Shown here piece after piece: positions 1-11,800 of a stretch of DNA of 64,000 nucleotides. The position numbers and the translations under genes were made by a program. The notes under the pieces are model-generated. The model saw only the letters and a list, made by a program, of their open reading frames with translations. It did no database searches and was not told where the DNA came from. The DNA lies in contig OX597838.1 in assembly GCA_951406725.2 (NCBI GenBank), positions 9,052,001 through 9,116,000 on the forward strand, given 5' to 3'. Source of the stretch: Octopus vulgaris. Lineage: Eukaryota. Position 1 is the first letter of the stretch. Every line of letters starts with the position of its first letter.

Positions 1-450
1 ACTTCGATACCCTGATTAACGCTGGCTTTTCCACTTATATTGATTAAAAACAAAAACACACCAACTCAAATATGGACGAACATTAAATTTAGGTTTTTTG
101 AAAATAACTTAAAAGGGGGGAAAAATAGTTATTTCATTACAAATGATTCGACGGGTTGTCATGGTTTTGTGTTTATGGCTGAAAATAACGATCTTTCTAC
201 CAAATTAGCGAACCGTAAACGCAAAATTATATGGCGCCCGCTTTAGCTTCATCTAAGGGTAGAGTCAAATGAAATCGCCCCTGCGTGGATTTGAAACACG
301 TGGATTCAAATGGTTAACAGTTCTCAAGATTTTGCTCAAGACTTTTTGTTCTACTTTGAAAGTTTCTTTACAAAAAAAGAAAAAGCAAACAAAAAACGAA
401 TAAGAAGAAAGGAATTTTGGAATAATACAGCGGTTTTGGGAGTTAAATCT

Positions 451-496
<46 letters not shown>

Positions 497-564
497 GAGA
501 GCAATATCTTGCCTTTTTTTTTCTTTATTTTCCTTGTTTTATTCGTTAAATTGCGACCATGCTG

Positions 565-750
565 GGGCATCGGGCATAAACAGCCACTAGTCTAAAGGCA
601 CCTCAGTCACAGAACTTACTTTCTGCGTCCAAGAAGATGGACTTTGTCTTGAGATTCAAACCTTTCCGGACAAGTACCACAGTCCGGCCTCCATTTCCCG
701 CTGACATGTGGATAAGTCTATCTCATATCCACCGAAAATGGGCATCAAAA
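565..750 (-). mobile_element. Degenerate L1/Tx1-like LINE AP-endonuclease fragment
   Basis: Frameshifted minus-strand peptides GGRTVVLVRKGLNLKTKSIFLDAE and GAFRLVAVYA resemble the APE motifs GGxAILxRK and RLxxVYAP. Confidence 0.6.
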
Positions 751-787
751 GGCGATAAACAGCAAAAACAACAATGAAATTTGGGGA

Positions 788-983
788 AAGGCCTGAAATT
801 TGGGGAAAGAGGAAAAGTCGATTGCATCGACCCCAGTACGCGACTGGTACTTAACTTATCGATCCCGAAAGGATGAAAGGCAAAGTCGACCTCGGCGGAA
901 TTTGAACTCAGAACATAAAGACAGATAAAATACCGCTAAGTATTTCGCCCAGCGCGCTAACCATTCTGCCAACTCACCGCCTT
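788..983 (-). mobile_element. SINE family A copy
   Basis: Matches the window consensus AAGGCGGCGAGCTGGCAG...GAGTTCAAATTCCGCCGAGGTCGACTTTGCCTTTCATCCTTTCGGGGTCGATAAATTAAGTACCAG. The core resembles the Meta-domain of MetaSINEs (from memory). Confidence 0.85.
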
Positions 984-991
984 CAACAACA

Positions 992-1062
<71 letters not shown>

Positions 1063-2141
1063 TCGTTCGTTTATTGGCCAGAAGGGCTAACAAAAATCAA
1101 TTAAAACATAAAGGGACAAAACACAGGACGAAAGTTACAAAAGTCCGTGTACAAAAATTTAGTTCTAAGGCAGCAATTTGGAGTCGATTAAATCTGAGTC
1201 GATCCCAGTACTTGATAACTGTTTTATTGTATCGATCCCGGAAGAGATGAATCAAGTAATACAAGAGGGAGTGTGTCTGAGTAATTGGAAATCTCCGAAG
1301 TAGTATATGCAATTGACGTATGCATTGTTAATTGGGTCAAGGATGTGTCGAGTTTATTGTCAAGTACAGAAAGTGGTATTTCCTAGCGACTGGTATGGAA
1401 GCATTAGCAAACAACTACTACAAGGAATAGAGATATGTTTCTGCGAAATAAGTAAATATTGGGATTGTGGGACTGAAAGATCAAAGAAATGGAGAGAGTT
1501 ACAGCCCAAATAATTGTGAATAATATTAACTTAGATGGGATACCTACCAAGCTGGAGCAAACGGGCTGGAGGACAATTGAAGATGTGGCTGGTGATGACA
1601 GCGTAATCGGGCCCAGGTGTTTATGGTCTTCGGCAGTGGAACCGGGAGTGGGTGTCCATTACGGCCTCGACTGCAGCCGACCGCCAGATGTGGTCAATAT
1701 TCGTGAGGGACGTGATGAACTCGTTGGTCGGAGCCAGCTCAACCTACCCTGGACAAATGCCACCGCAAGTACTAGCAAATAAGTAGTACCACTGATGCCG
1801 TCTTACAAATGACACAGTTGCAGATCTTTGTGAAGGGCGAGCAATTATACAAAGCATATGAGGGCAGAAGGTTGGAAGAATTATTATTAGCGCATCGAAT
1901 AAAGTTCCTTAAGGCGGCGAGCTGGCAGGGACGTTAGCACGCCGGGCGAAATGCGTAGCCGTATTTCGTCTGCCGTTACGTTCTGAGTTTTCTGAGTATA
2001 TTGTGTGGAATTTGATTTAGTATTTCTAAATTGAATTCTTTTACCTTGTAAGTTTGGATTTTTATTGCCTCAAATAATAATTATTATTTGGTGCCCCAGC
2101 ATGGCCGCGGCCTTCGGGCTAAAACATTTTAAAGGATTTAA

Positions 2142-2177
<36 letters not shown>

Positions 2178-2293
2178 AAGAGAGACAGAGAAAGGCAGAA
2201 ACAAGGAAAATGCCACTTATATTTGAACACTATACAAATATTCTTTAAAAAAAAACTTTTCTTTTAATTTTTCTAAATTTAATTATTTGATCG

Positions 2294-2337
2294 TTACAGT
2301 TGAAAAGGTCTCAAAATGACTGAAACCGGTACTGAAA
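2294..2337 (+). ncRNA. Minimal type-I hammerhead ribozyme motif (U3-A8 variant) in a Penelope-like repeat
   Basis: CAG-TTGAAAA-GGTC(tcaaaat)GACT-GAAA-CCGG-TA/CTG: stem I, core, stem II, palindromic stem III and GUA triplet. Lies between (TA)n tracts. Confidence 0.6.
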
Positions 2338-2603
2338 TGTTCTTTATAAAATTATTTTAGCATTTTCTATCGTGACTTGTTCTTTATAAAATTATTTTAG
2401 CATTTTCTATCGTGACTTGTTTTTTCATATATATATATATATAGGTGAGGAAGTTGGTGTGTGAAAGCACGTGGTTGAATATATAGAAAATAGTAAAAAG
2501 TGAAAAAACTACAGAAGGCTTGTTTTAAAAGGTTAAAAAATATATATTTGAGTCATTATGTCTGAAGAATGTTATAAATTTTTTTCATACAATGACATAA
2601 TTT

Positions 2604-2675
2604 TTGAAGAAAGACCGGTTTCGCGTTCAGCTTTTCAAGAAAGACCGGTTTCGCGTTCAGCTTTTCAAATTTCTT
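2604..2675 (-). ncRNA. Two tandem minimal hammerhead-like motifs (30-bp duplication)
   Basis: Minus strand TTGAAAA-GC(tgaac)GC-GAAA-CCGG-TC occurs twice; AAGAAA/TTTCTT can form stem I with a 1-nt bulge. Confidence 0.5.
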
Positions 2676-2710
2676 ACATCGTTATGTAGTTTTTTTCACT
2701 TTTTACTATT

Positions 2711-2768
<58 letters not shown>

Positions 2769-3239
2769 GCACACACACACACACAAAACTGCATTTAAGT
2801 GCATATACATACATTCATACGCACACACACACATATATAGATGTGTGTGTGTGTATATATATATAATTGCATATAAATACATAAATATATATTTAAATGC
2901 ATATTAAGCATATACAAAGGCATCTATATGCATACAGATGCACATGCGCATGTATGTATGTCTGTATGATACTTGAGAAAACCAGAGAACGTTCCTGCAT
3001 CTGCGTAAAACAAAAGACCCTTCTGTTTGCATTTAATGTGCATTTAACTTCCTGTGTCAGTCGGACGGCTTTTGTTAATTGAAGGCTTTTAAAATTGCAT
3101 TTAAAATATGATAAGGGCCTTTTTTTTTTTTGAAAAAAAAAAAAAATTTAAAAAATGGCGGGGGGGGGGTAAGAGCAGCTGCTTTATTCCCGATATCAGC
3201 AAATTCCAGCCGGCTTCAATTAAACCAAAACCATTCTTG

Positions 3240-3300
3240 ACCACCACCACCACCACCACCGCCGCCGCCGCCGCCGCTGCTGCTGCTACTATTACTGCTG

Positions 3301-3384
<84 letters not shown>

Positions 3385-3390
3385 TTAATA

Positions 3391-3422
<32 letters not shown>

Positions 3423-3427
3423 GATAA

Positions 3428-3483
<56 letters not shown>

Positions 3484-3592
3484 TTAATAATGATGATGAT
3501 GATGATGATGATGATGAAGATAATAATAATAATTAATAATAAAATAATAATAATAATAATAATAATGAATAATAAATAATAATGATTATAGC

Positions 3593-3627
<35 letters not shown>

Positions 3628-3700
3628 TAAAAATAATAATAATAATAATATAATAATAATGATGATGATGATGATGATGATGATGATAATAATAATAATG

Positions 3701-3762
<62 letters not shown>

Positions 3763-3769
3763 AATAATG

Positions 3770-3815
<46 letters not shown>

Positions 3816-3847
3816 TGATGATAATAATAATAATAATAATGATGATG

Positions 3848-3890
<43 letters not shown>
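3240..3890. repeat. Compound trinucleotide microsatellite (CCA/CCG/CTG/CTA/AAT/GAT)
   Basis: Seen directly. Confidence 0.98.
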
Positions 3891-3891
<1 letters not shown>

Positions 3892-3894
3892 TTT

Positions 3895-4160
3895 TGTCTC
3901 AAGGGCAGTTTGGTGGAGGGGATGAGTCGATTACATCGAGCCAAGTGTTTAACTGGTACTTAATTTATCGACCCGAAAGACAGACGGATTAAGTCGATTA
4001 CATCGGCCCCCAGTGCGTAACTGGTACTTAATTTATCGCGACCCCGAAAGGATGACAGGCAAAGTCGACCTCGGCGGAATTTGAACTCAGAACGTAAATG
4101 GCAGACGAAATACGGCTACGCATTTCGCCCGGCGTGCTAACGATTCTGCCAGCTCGCCGC
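3895..4160 (-). mobile_element. SINE family A copy with partial internal duplication
   Basis: Match to other copies in the window. Confidence 0.85.
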
Positions 4161-5848
4161 CAGAGTGGAATTTTGAAATAATACTGGTGCCTAAGTGGGT
4201 CATTGCCAACTTAGACAGTGCGGACAGTAATGGTTTGCATTTGGAACTGTTTAGACTTGCGACCAAAACATCAATCAAAGAAAGAAAAACTAACAAAAGC
4301 AAGCAGAATATGTGGAAAAAAGTTTAACGAAATATCAATCTATTGTTATGAGAATCTGAGATGACAGCCATGACATGTAACATTTTGTCACCGAGTAACG
4401 AAGGGAATTTTGACAAATATTTCAACATTCTTCATAAACTGAACAAACTGTTTATAAAAAATATTTCAATAAAAATTGTTTTACCCTCGATTCGAGTGCA
4501 ATACTTCATTATACGCATAACAGTTTAACCCTTATTCAGAATTTAGCTAAATAACAAAGACCACTTTTTATGCTGTCGTTTTGTTACCCAGTTCAAGATT
4601 TTGCTTGATATCATTACTGCCTGCCAGTTCCGTTCTATTTTTGGCTGGTTCTATACCAAAAACCAACTGCAGGAAGCAGCAAAGGCGAGTGCATAATAAG
4701 AGATCATAGCAGAAAATAAAGATGGCTTTGACATGCATGCTACCAAAAACACACTCACATAAACGGGGCATCAACAAATTAGGACATTTGTCTGTAATTT
4801 TTTCCTTTTTTTTGTTTTCTCTTCAATTAACGCGGAATGTTCTGTCTATCGCTTCACAACAAGCTTCAGTATCACTGATTAAAGTGGATCCGTCGGTGGA
4901 ACCAAGGTGGGGGAAGGGGGTGCAGTTGTCGATTAGCGAGAATCAACCGTTTCTTTTAAAGAAGCGTTCATTATTTGAGACCGGTTAATTGTATATCTGC
5001 GATGTTCTTCATTGCTCTCGGTTCCTTCTGCAATGCCGGTATATGTCACTTCAATAATTTCTCTGTTTTTTAAAGTTTCTTTCAAGGACTGAAGAATTTT
5101 GCGTGTATTTTTATGCGGAACTCAGATATTTGGGCATTGTTTTCATCAAACTAAAGTCAACGTCGGCGGAATTTGAACTCGGAACGTAAAGATAGACAAA
5201 ATACCTCAAAGCATTTTGCCCGGCGTGCTAACGACTCTGCCAGCTCACCGCATACACAACCCGACTATGATAGAAGTTAGACTGGCTTACATTTTAACTC
5301 TAGTACTCATTTGTAGCAGGACGTTCTTACATACACGCAGACATTTAATATATTTATATATAAGAGAGTGGGGAAAATATGCATGTGCACATGTAAAGGA
5401 GAGTTACCCAAAGGGCATATAACTAACATTATCGTCTGAAAATGTAAAGGCGGGTAAGGGTTGAGTGGGTTTACGATGAGAAGGCAACCACTTGGTGCAC
5501 AATTCGTCCAGCAGACACATAGTTGGTGTAGTTATACTTTCAGTTAATTAAATGATTTATGAAAAGATAAGAAAATTAAATGGGGGTAGAGACAGAATAA
5601 TAAAATTTAAAAAAAAAAAGAAAAGAAAAACAACTAATTTTCTTAGCTACGTAAAATTTTTCATATTGACGTCTATCTTGAAATTGGAATGTAAACATGG
5701 CAACTTAAAACCATCTCTTCAGTTATCCGGCCATCGGAAAAATGATGGCCGAACATCTGAAGAGATGGCGGAGTGGATTTTCACCTCGGCATCCAAAACT
5801 CGGAGTTTTATCATGGCTACCGAATAATTGTCACATATTACATTTACA

Positions 5849-5926
<78 letters not shown>

Positions 5927-6121
5927 GTGTGTGTTGTGTGTATGTATGTATGTATATGTAAAAAAATACAAACTGGGATAAGAACGCAAAACATTTAGAA
6001 GACAATACAAAAAACACGGAAGGGACATTCGAAGCCTTCAATCTTCAGTCAAGAACCGGATCATCCTCGCAATTTCGGCTGATTAATATATATATATATG
6101 TATGTATGCATGTATGTATGT

Positions 6122-6510
6122 AGGTGTAGGAGTGTCTGTGTGGTAAGTAGCTTGCTTACAAACCACAAGGTTCCATGGTTCCTTGGGCAAGTGTCTTCAA
6201 CTATAGCCTTGGGCCGTCCAAAGCCTTGTGAGTGGATTTGGTAGATGGAAACTGAAAGAAGCCCGTCGTATTTATGTATATATATATGTGTGTATGTGTG
6301 TGTATATGTTTGTGTGTCTGTTTTTCCCCCTAACATCGCTTGACAACCGATGCTGGTGTGTTTACGTCCCCGTTACTTAGCGGTTCGGCAAAAGAGACCG
6401 ATAGAATAGGTACTAGGCTTACATAGAATAAGTCCTGGGCTGGTCGATTTGCTCGACTAAAGGCGGTGCTCCAGCATGGCCGCAGTCAAATGACTGAAAC
6501 AAGTAAAAAG
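6122..6510 (+). mobile_element. SINE family B copy (tRNA-like head, internal TA/TG microsatellite, AAAGAGT tail)
   Basis: GGAGTGGCTGTGTGGTAAG...CCTTGGGCAAGTGTC...GGCGGTGCTCCAGCATGGCCGCAGTCAAATGACTGAAACAAG; many near-identical copies in the window. Confidence 0.88.
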
Positions 6511-6563
6511 AGTAATGAGTAAAGACAGCGTGTTCTCACTAGTGTGTGCGCGTGTGTGTATGC

Positions 6564-6621
<58 letters not shown>

Positions 6622-6841
6622 GTGAGTATATGTGTGTGGGTGGATGCACGCGCGCGTAAATTACCCATGCAGCGTGGGACATTCAGCCTTGCTGCGCAAC
6701 TACGCCCTGTCGTTAACCCAGAAGGTTGCGTCTGGAGGACCTGAACCTAGGATCGGCTCGATTTTCACCGGTTATTGTTGCTTTTCCACCAGACGAACAC
6801 ATGTGAACTTGATCACAACTCCCACAAACCCCAACATATAA

Positions 6842-6845
6842 AGAG

Positions 6846-6884
<39 letters not shown>

Positions 6885-7170
6885 TGAGAGAGAGAGAGAG
6901 GGAGAGAGAGAAAGAGAGAGAGAGGGGGAGTGAGAGAAAGAAAGAGGAAGAGAGAGAGAGAGGGTGAGTGAGAGAAAGAAAGAGGAAGAGAGAGAGAGGG
7001 GTGGGAGTGAGAGAAAGAAAGAGGAAGAGAGAGAGAGAGGGGTGGGAGTGAGAGAAAGAAAGGGGAAGAGAGAGAGAGAGAGGGAGGAAGGGAGAGAAAG
7101 AAAGAGGAAGAGAGAGAGAGAGAGAGGGAGGAAGGGAGAGAGAGAGAAAAAAGTGAAAGAGAAAGAAAAA
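6842..7170. repeat. GA-rich low-complexity tract
   Basis: Seen directly. Confidence 0.95.
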
Positions 7171-8782
7171 TGGCGAGCTTTGTACTTTTAGCTATTTAAA
7201 TTAAGTAGTTCTGTTAGCAATTGACCTGATATGCACATAAATAAAATTCTTCGTGGCTACTCTCTCTCTCTCTCTCTCTCCCTCTCTCTTGAATCCTTTC
7301 CCTATTTTTCTCAAAACCCTCTTCCCCATCCTCTATCTCCCTCCCTCCCTCTCCCTCTCCGAAGAGTACTTTTAGACTCAGTTGAAAAGTTATCGATAAC
7401 CACCAAAACCTCATTCGGCAGCTTCTTGCATTTCGTCCTACAGAGGACTTTTATGATTTTAACCTCGGTTTCTATTTCCACTGCGAGGTATTATATATAT
7501 ACAGTATTTGCACATTTGCAAATGAAACAGTATATAAGTGATATAAGTTGTAAAAACTGCACCGTCTATCTTTCTTAATTAATCGAGCTTGTGTAAACAG
7601 TACTCTTATTAGGTGCCATACATTTTATTTCAGCAGAAATTCGTTCAGCCAGACGAGAAGCAAGGAAGGAAACGAAGAAAGAGTTTGAGCAACTACACCC
7701 AAGAAATACTGCTAAACCATATTATATCTCCCTCATGTAATATAGTTGCAATAAAATTGAAATTTCAGATGGATATCTTTTCTACACCGGAAAAGAGAAG
7801 TCGTCGGCCCCTTGTAGATTTTTCGAATACCAACGTATTCTGGTGAATTTTCGTCTCCCGAACTTTGCCAAATGAACGAAACACAAATGGCTAAGGATTA
7901 GATTAAGAAATAGAAAATTTAAGAAGATCTGAAATCTTGTGATGTTTGCTGTTGTTATTGTTGTCTCAAATTTTAAATCGACAACCTTTTTTTTTTGTTG
8001 TTTATTTTGAAGAAATATCACATGAAAGCTAAATAAATAATTTGTTCACGGAAGTGAGAGATATAGTGAGTAAAACGACATTGGATTAATTTCTTTAATA
8101 TATATATATATATATACGTATATATGTGTATACACATATGTGCACACATACATACATACATACATACATACATACATACATACATACATACATACATACA
8201 TACATTATGGCTGCCCCCTCGTTATGGTCATTGCACGAAGCTTAACTGTTACTGGTGCTGTGATCGAATGTGACTTTTTAGCCCAGCTAAAGATCTACAA
8301 TGTCTTGTACAGAATTGGCAACTAAAACCTTTACCGGTAATAGCCGACATACTTACATAGAGACAGACAGACAGACACCCATATATACAGATAACCCATA
8401 CATGCACTCGCCTATACATTCATACATTCATACATACATACATATATGACGAATGTTACATCCTGTCAGATGATATTTGTCTCCCGGTGAGACATCTGCC
8501 CATCACTGGATTTAAGTGACAAATCGTCGCAACGGGTTCCAGTGACGCGCACTGCAAGACGTCTGGTACCATTCTGACTACAAGTATCTTTCTTTCTCCA
8601 AGAAGAGCTGCATCCCCCTACGGCTTCAAAGTGGTGCGGCGCATATTCAAGTAAGTTTGGATACGATCAGTTGTATCAAACAATTTCAACTGAACGAAGC
8701 TGAGAAGAAGCGGCGCTTCCGTTCTTATTCCAAAGTATAAAAGGAATATTTCTAGAGATAAACGTGCATAGTTTGGTAGGTG

Positions 8783-9166
8783 TGGAGGCGCAATGGCCCA
8801 GTGGTTAGGGCAACGGACTCGCGGTCATAGGATCGCGGCTTTGATTCCCAGACCGGGCGTTGTGAGTGTTTATTGAGCGAAAACACCTAAAAGCTTCACG
8901 AGGCTCCGGCAGGGGATGATGGTGATCCCTGCTGTACTCTTTCACCACAACTTTCTCTCACTCTTACTTCCTGTTTCTGTTGTACCTGTATTTCAAAGGG
9001 CCGGCCTTGTCACTCTCTGTGTCACGCTGAATATCCCCGAGAACTACGTTAAGGGTACACGTGTCTGTGGAGTGCTCAGCCACTTACACGTTAATTTCAA
9101 GAGAAGGCTGTTCCGTTGATTCGGATCAACCGGAACCCTCGTCGTCGTAACCGACGGAGTGCTTCC
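8783..9166 (+). mobile_element. SINE family C, full length (tRNA-derived, resembles octopus OR-type SINEs)
   Basis: A box TGGCCCAGTGG, B-box-like GCTTTGATTCC, 13-bp TSD AGTTTGGTAGGTG (8770-8782 / 9168-9180). Confidence 0.92.
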
Positions 9167-9682
9167 CAGTTTGGTAGGTGTTGAAAGGAAATTTTTAAGG
9201 ACATGGCGACAAGTAGTTTACGGAGAACTTATGGGATCTCTAAACCCAAGCGTCTACGCGGAATCGAAACGTAGAAGGTCGATCTTGTCTGCATCTTTAG
9301 ACACGAGCGGAAGGTCGTCTGCTTACTTCCAGTTGGTTTTACAGTTTGGGTTTCCATACTTTCGGCAGTTGAGTTCTTGAGGATTAGAAACCATTGTTTT
9401 TCAGCGAAGGATTTTTTGCTATTAACAAAACCGCATTGATTGCAATGGGAGATCATCAGACCGGAAATGTGTTGGTCGATGGTCAGTAATTGTAGTATAG
9501 TGTATGCTTTAAGATCCGTCATGTTCTTCGTCGGACATGAAAAAGTTGAAAGGCCACAAAATAAACGTTAATGACGCGTAAAGACACCGTGTTTATGAAA
9601 CCATAATATACTACAAGGTATAGCAATCCCTTGCCAAATCGCGGTCCACCAAATGACTGAAACAAGTATAAGAGAAAAGAGG

Positions 9683-10056
9683 AAAGGAGTGGCTGTGTGG
9701 TAAGTAGCTTGCTAACCAACCACATGGTTCCGGGTTCAGTCCCACTGCGTGGCACCTTGGGCAAGTGTCTTCTACTATAGCCCCGGGCCGACCAAAGCCT
9801 TGTGAGTGGATTTGGTAGACGGAAACTGAAAGAAGCCTGTCGTATATATGTATATATATATATAAGTGTGTGTGTATATGTTTGTGTGTCTGTGTTTGTC
9901 CCCCTAGCATTGCTTGACAACCGATGCTGGTGTGTTCACGTCCCCTTCTCTTAGCGGTTCGGCAAAAGAGACCGATAGAATAAGTACTGGGCTTACAAAA
10001 AGAATAAGTCCCGGGGTCGATTTGCTCGACTAAAGGCGGTGCTCCAGCATGGCCGC
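9683..10056 (+). mobile_element. SINE family B copy
   Basis: Near-identical to the other B copies. Confidence 0.9.
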
Positions 10057-10078
10057 AAAGAAAAAGAAAAGAAAGAAG

Positions 10079-10552
10079 TACCTAAAATTAAGTATTTAGG
10101 ACAAATTATCGACAGGAATGGACGATGACCAGACCTTTTGAGGGCAGACACAATTAAAAACATGCCTCATCCGACTAATATAACAACCCTCCAAGCTTTT
10201 CTAGGTCTAACGAATTATTGTCAAAATTATATACCAAATATGCATGAATTGAGAACTCCACTAAATAATAATAATAATAAAAGTATATCAAGTAGAATTG
10301 GTCAAAAAATTGTCAAAAGGTGTTTGACGATATCAAAAAAAAAAAAAAAAATTAAAATCGGGTTTGCCACTGGTTCATTTCGATCCTGCAGCGGAGATTG
10401 TTGTAGAATCTGACGCTTCTGAATACGGAAGAGGAACAGTAATGGTACACAAATATAAAGACGGTAATATGAAGGCGGTGGTTCATGTCTCACGTTCTCT
10501 GATAGCAGCAGAGAAAAACTATATAGTCAAATGGAGAAAGAAATTCTAGCGT
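10079..10552 (+). mobile_element. Gypsy/Ty3 LTR-retrotransposon pol remnant (RT end plus RNase H)
   Basis: IKYLGQIID..., LQAFLGLTNY..YIPNMHELRTPLN and VHFDPAAEIVVESDASEYG...VSRSLIAAEKNY, with stops and frameshifts. Confidence 0.9.
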
Positions 10553-10572
10553 TATAAAAGTATATATGTATG

Positions 10573-10651
<79 letters not shown>

Positions 10652-10763
10652 GTATGTATATGTATATATGTACCAGTATCTATGATTGCGTATATATGTG
10701 TTTGTCTACGTGCGGGCATATCTTTTTATTGCATGTCTCTATCAATTTATCCCTGAGTATGTG

Positions 10764-10798
<35 letters not shown>

Positions 10799-11304
10799 AT
10801 ACTTTATAAACATACATTACATATATATAAACTTATATATCTATGTGTGTGCATGTATGTATATGAAATAATAAGTCACACCCAGTCTTTAAAACCCATT
10901 AATGCAAGTCCCTAAGACACCTCCCATGTCCCTCACCCAGCCGTCCACCCATCTACGTTTTCATTAGTTTCAGCACATGTTCAGATTAATTAGTTAATTA
11001 ATTTCAGATTCTCTTATAAAATTCCTCCAACACCATTATTTCACAGCAATATTTTCAAAGGACATTTTCGTAGACGCTCACTTTACCACTGACGGAGTTC
11101 AAAAGAAACGTCTATAATTCGATAGAAATCTTTACACACGTTCGCGCTTTTTCATATGACCACACACATGGGGGAAAAAAGTCAATGTGTCCAAGTAATG
11201 CTAGAATTGGACCTGCCAGCACAGTAATGCGCCAGGTCCGGCGTTCAATCCTCATAAGTGAAGAAGTTGTTAAAAAAAAAAATCCCAGCTTGCTGTCTCC
11301 ATTT

Positions 11305-11800
11305 TAGTTTTCGTACCTGGCCTCACCTTTGTCATGAATGTTGGGTAACAACCAAAGGAGTATGTTCGAGAATACAAGTGGCCGAAATGGGGTTCCTCCG
11401 AAGCTTCTCTGGAGTAATCCTACTACTGAACAGGGTACCTAGATCGGAGATCTGTAAGTCTTTCCGGGTCGATCCGCTACGTTTCGGCATTGGAGAGGTC
11501 ACAGTTCCGGTAGTATGTGATTAAGGCGGCGAGCTGGCAGAAACGTTAGCACGTCGGGCGAAATGCTTAGCGGTATTTCGTCTGCCGTTACGTTGTGAGT
11601 TCAAATTCCGCCGAGGTCGACTTTGCCTTTCATCCTTTCGGAGTCGATAAATTAAGTACCAGTTACGCACTGGAGTCGATGTAATCGACTTAATCCGTAT
11701 GTCTGTCCTTGTTTGTCCTTTCTGTATTTAGCCCCTTGTGGGTAATAAATAAATAGGTATTATGTGATTAGAATGTCGTCGGGAAGAATTGTGCGGACTT
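11305..11800 (+). mobile_element. RTE-clade LINE C-terminal fragment interrupted by a SINE-A (11524-11760)
   Basis: HECWVTTKGVCSRIQVAEMGFLR...NRVPRSEI; the SINE is flanked by the TSD TATGTGATTA. Confidence 0.75.

Noticed and set aside
614-707. ATG-initiated exon MSAGNGGRTVVLVRKG... ending in GTAAGT
   Set aside because: LINE endonuclease similarity continues on both sides (FRLVAVYA after the apparent donor), so it is better explained as a decayed LINE.
1330-1880. 97-aa ORF and flanks as a host gene
   Set aside because: Fragmented frames and no coherent splice structure; at most a faint resemblance to LINE ORF1 (IFVKGEQLYKAYEGRR).
3108-3944. Long ORFs (up to 242 aa) with poly-T/N/D/I/L, and IY/HT/RE-repeat ORFs elsewhere
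   Set aside because: Translation artefacts of microsatellites lacking stop codons.
8783-8860. tRNA genes at SINE heads
   Set aside because: A/B boxes are present, but each continues into a ~300-bp SINE body with TSDs; no stand-alone cloverleaf.
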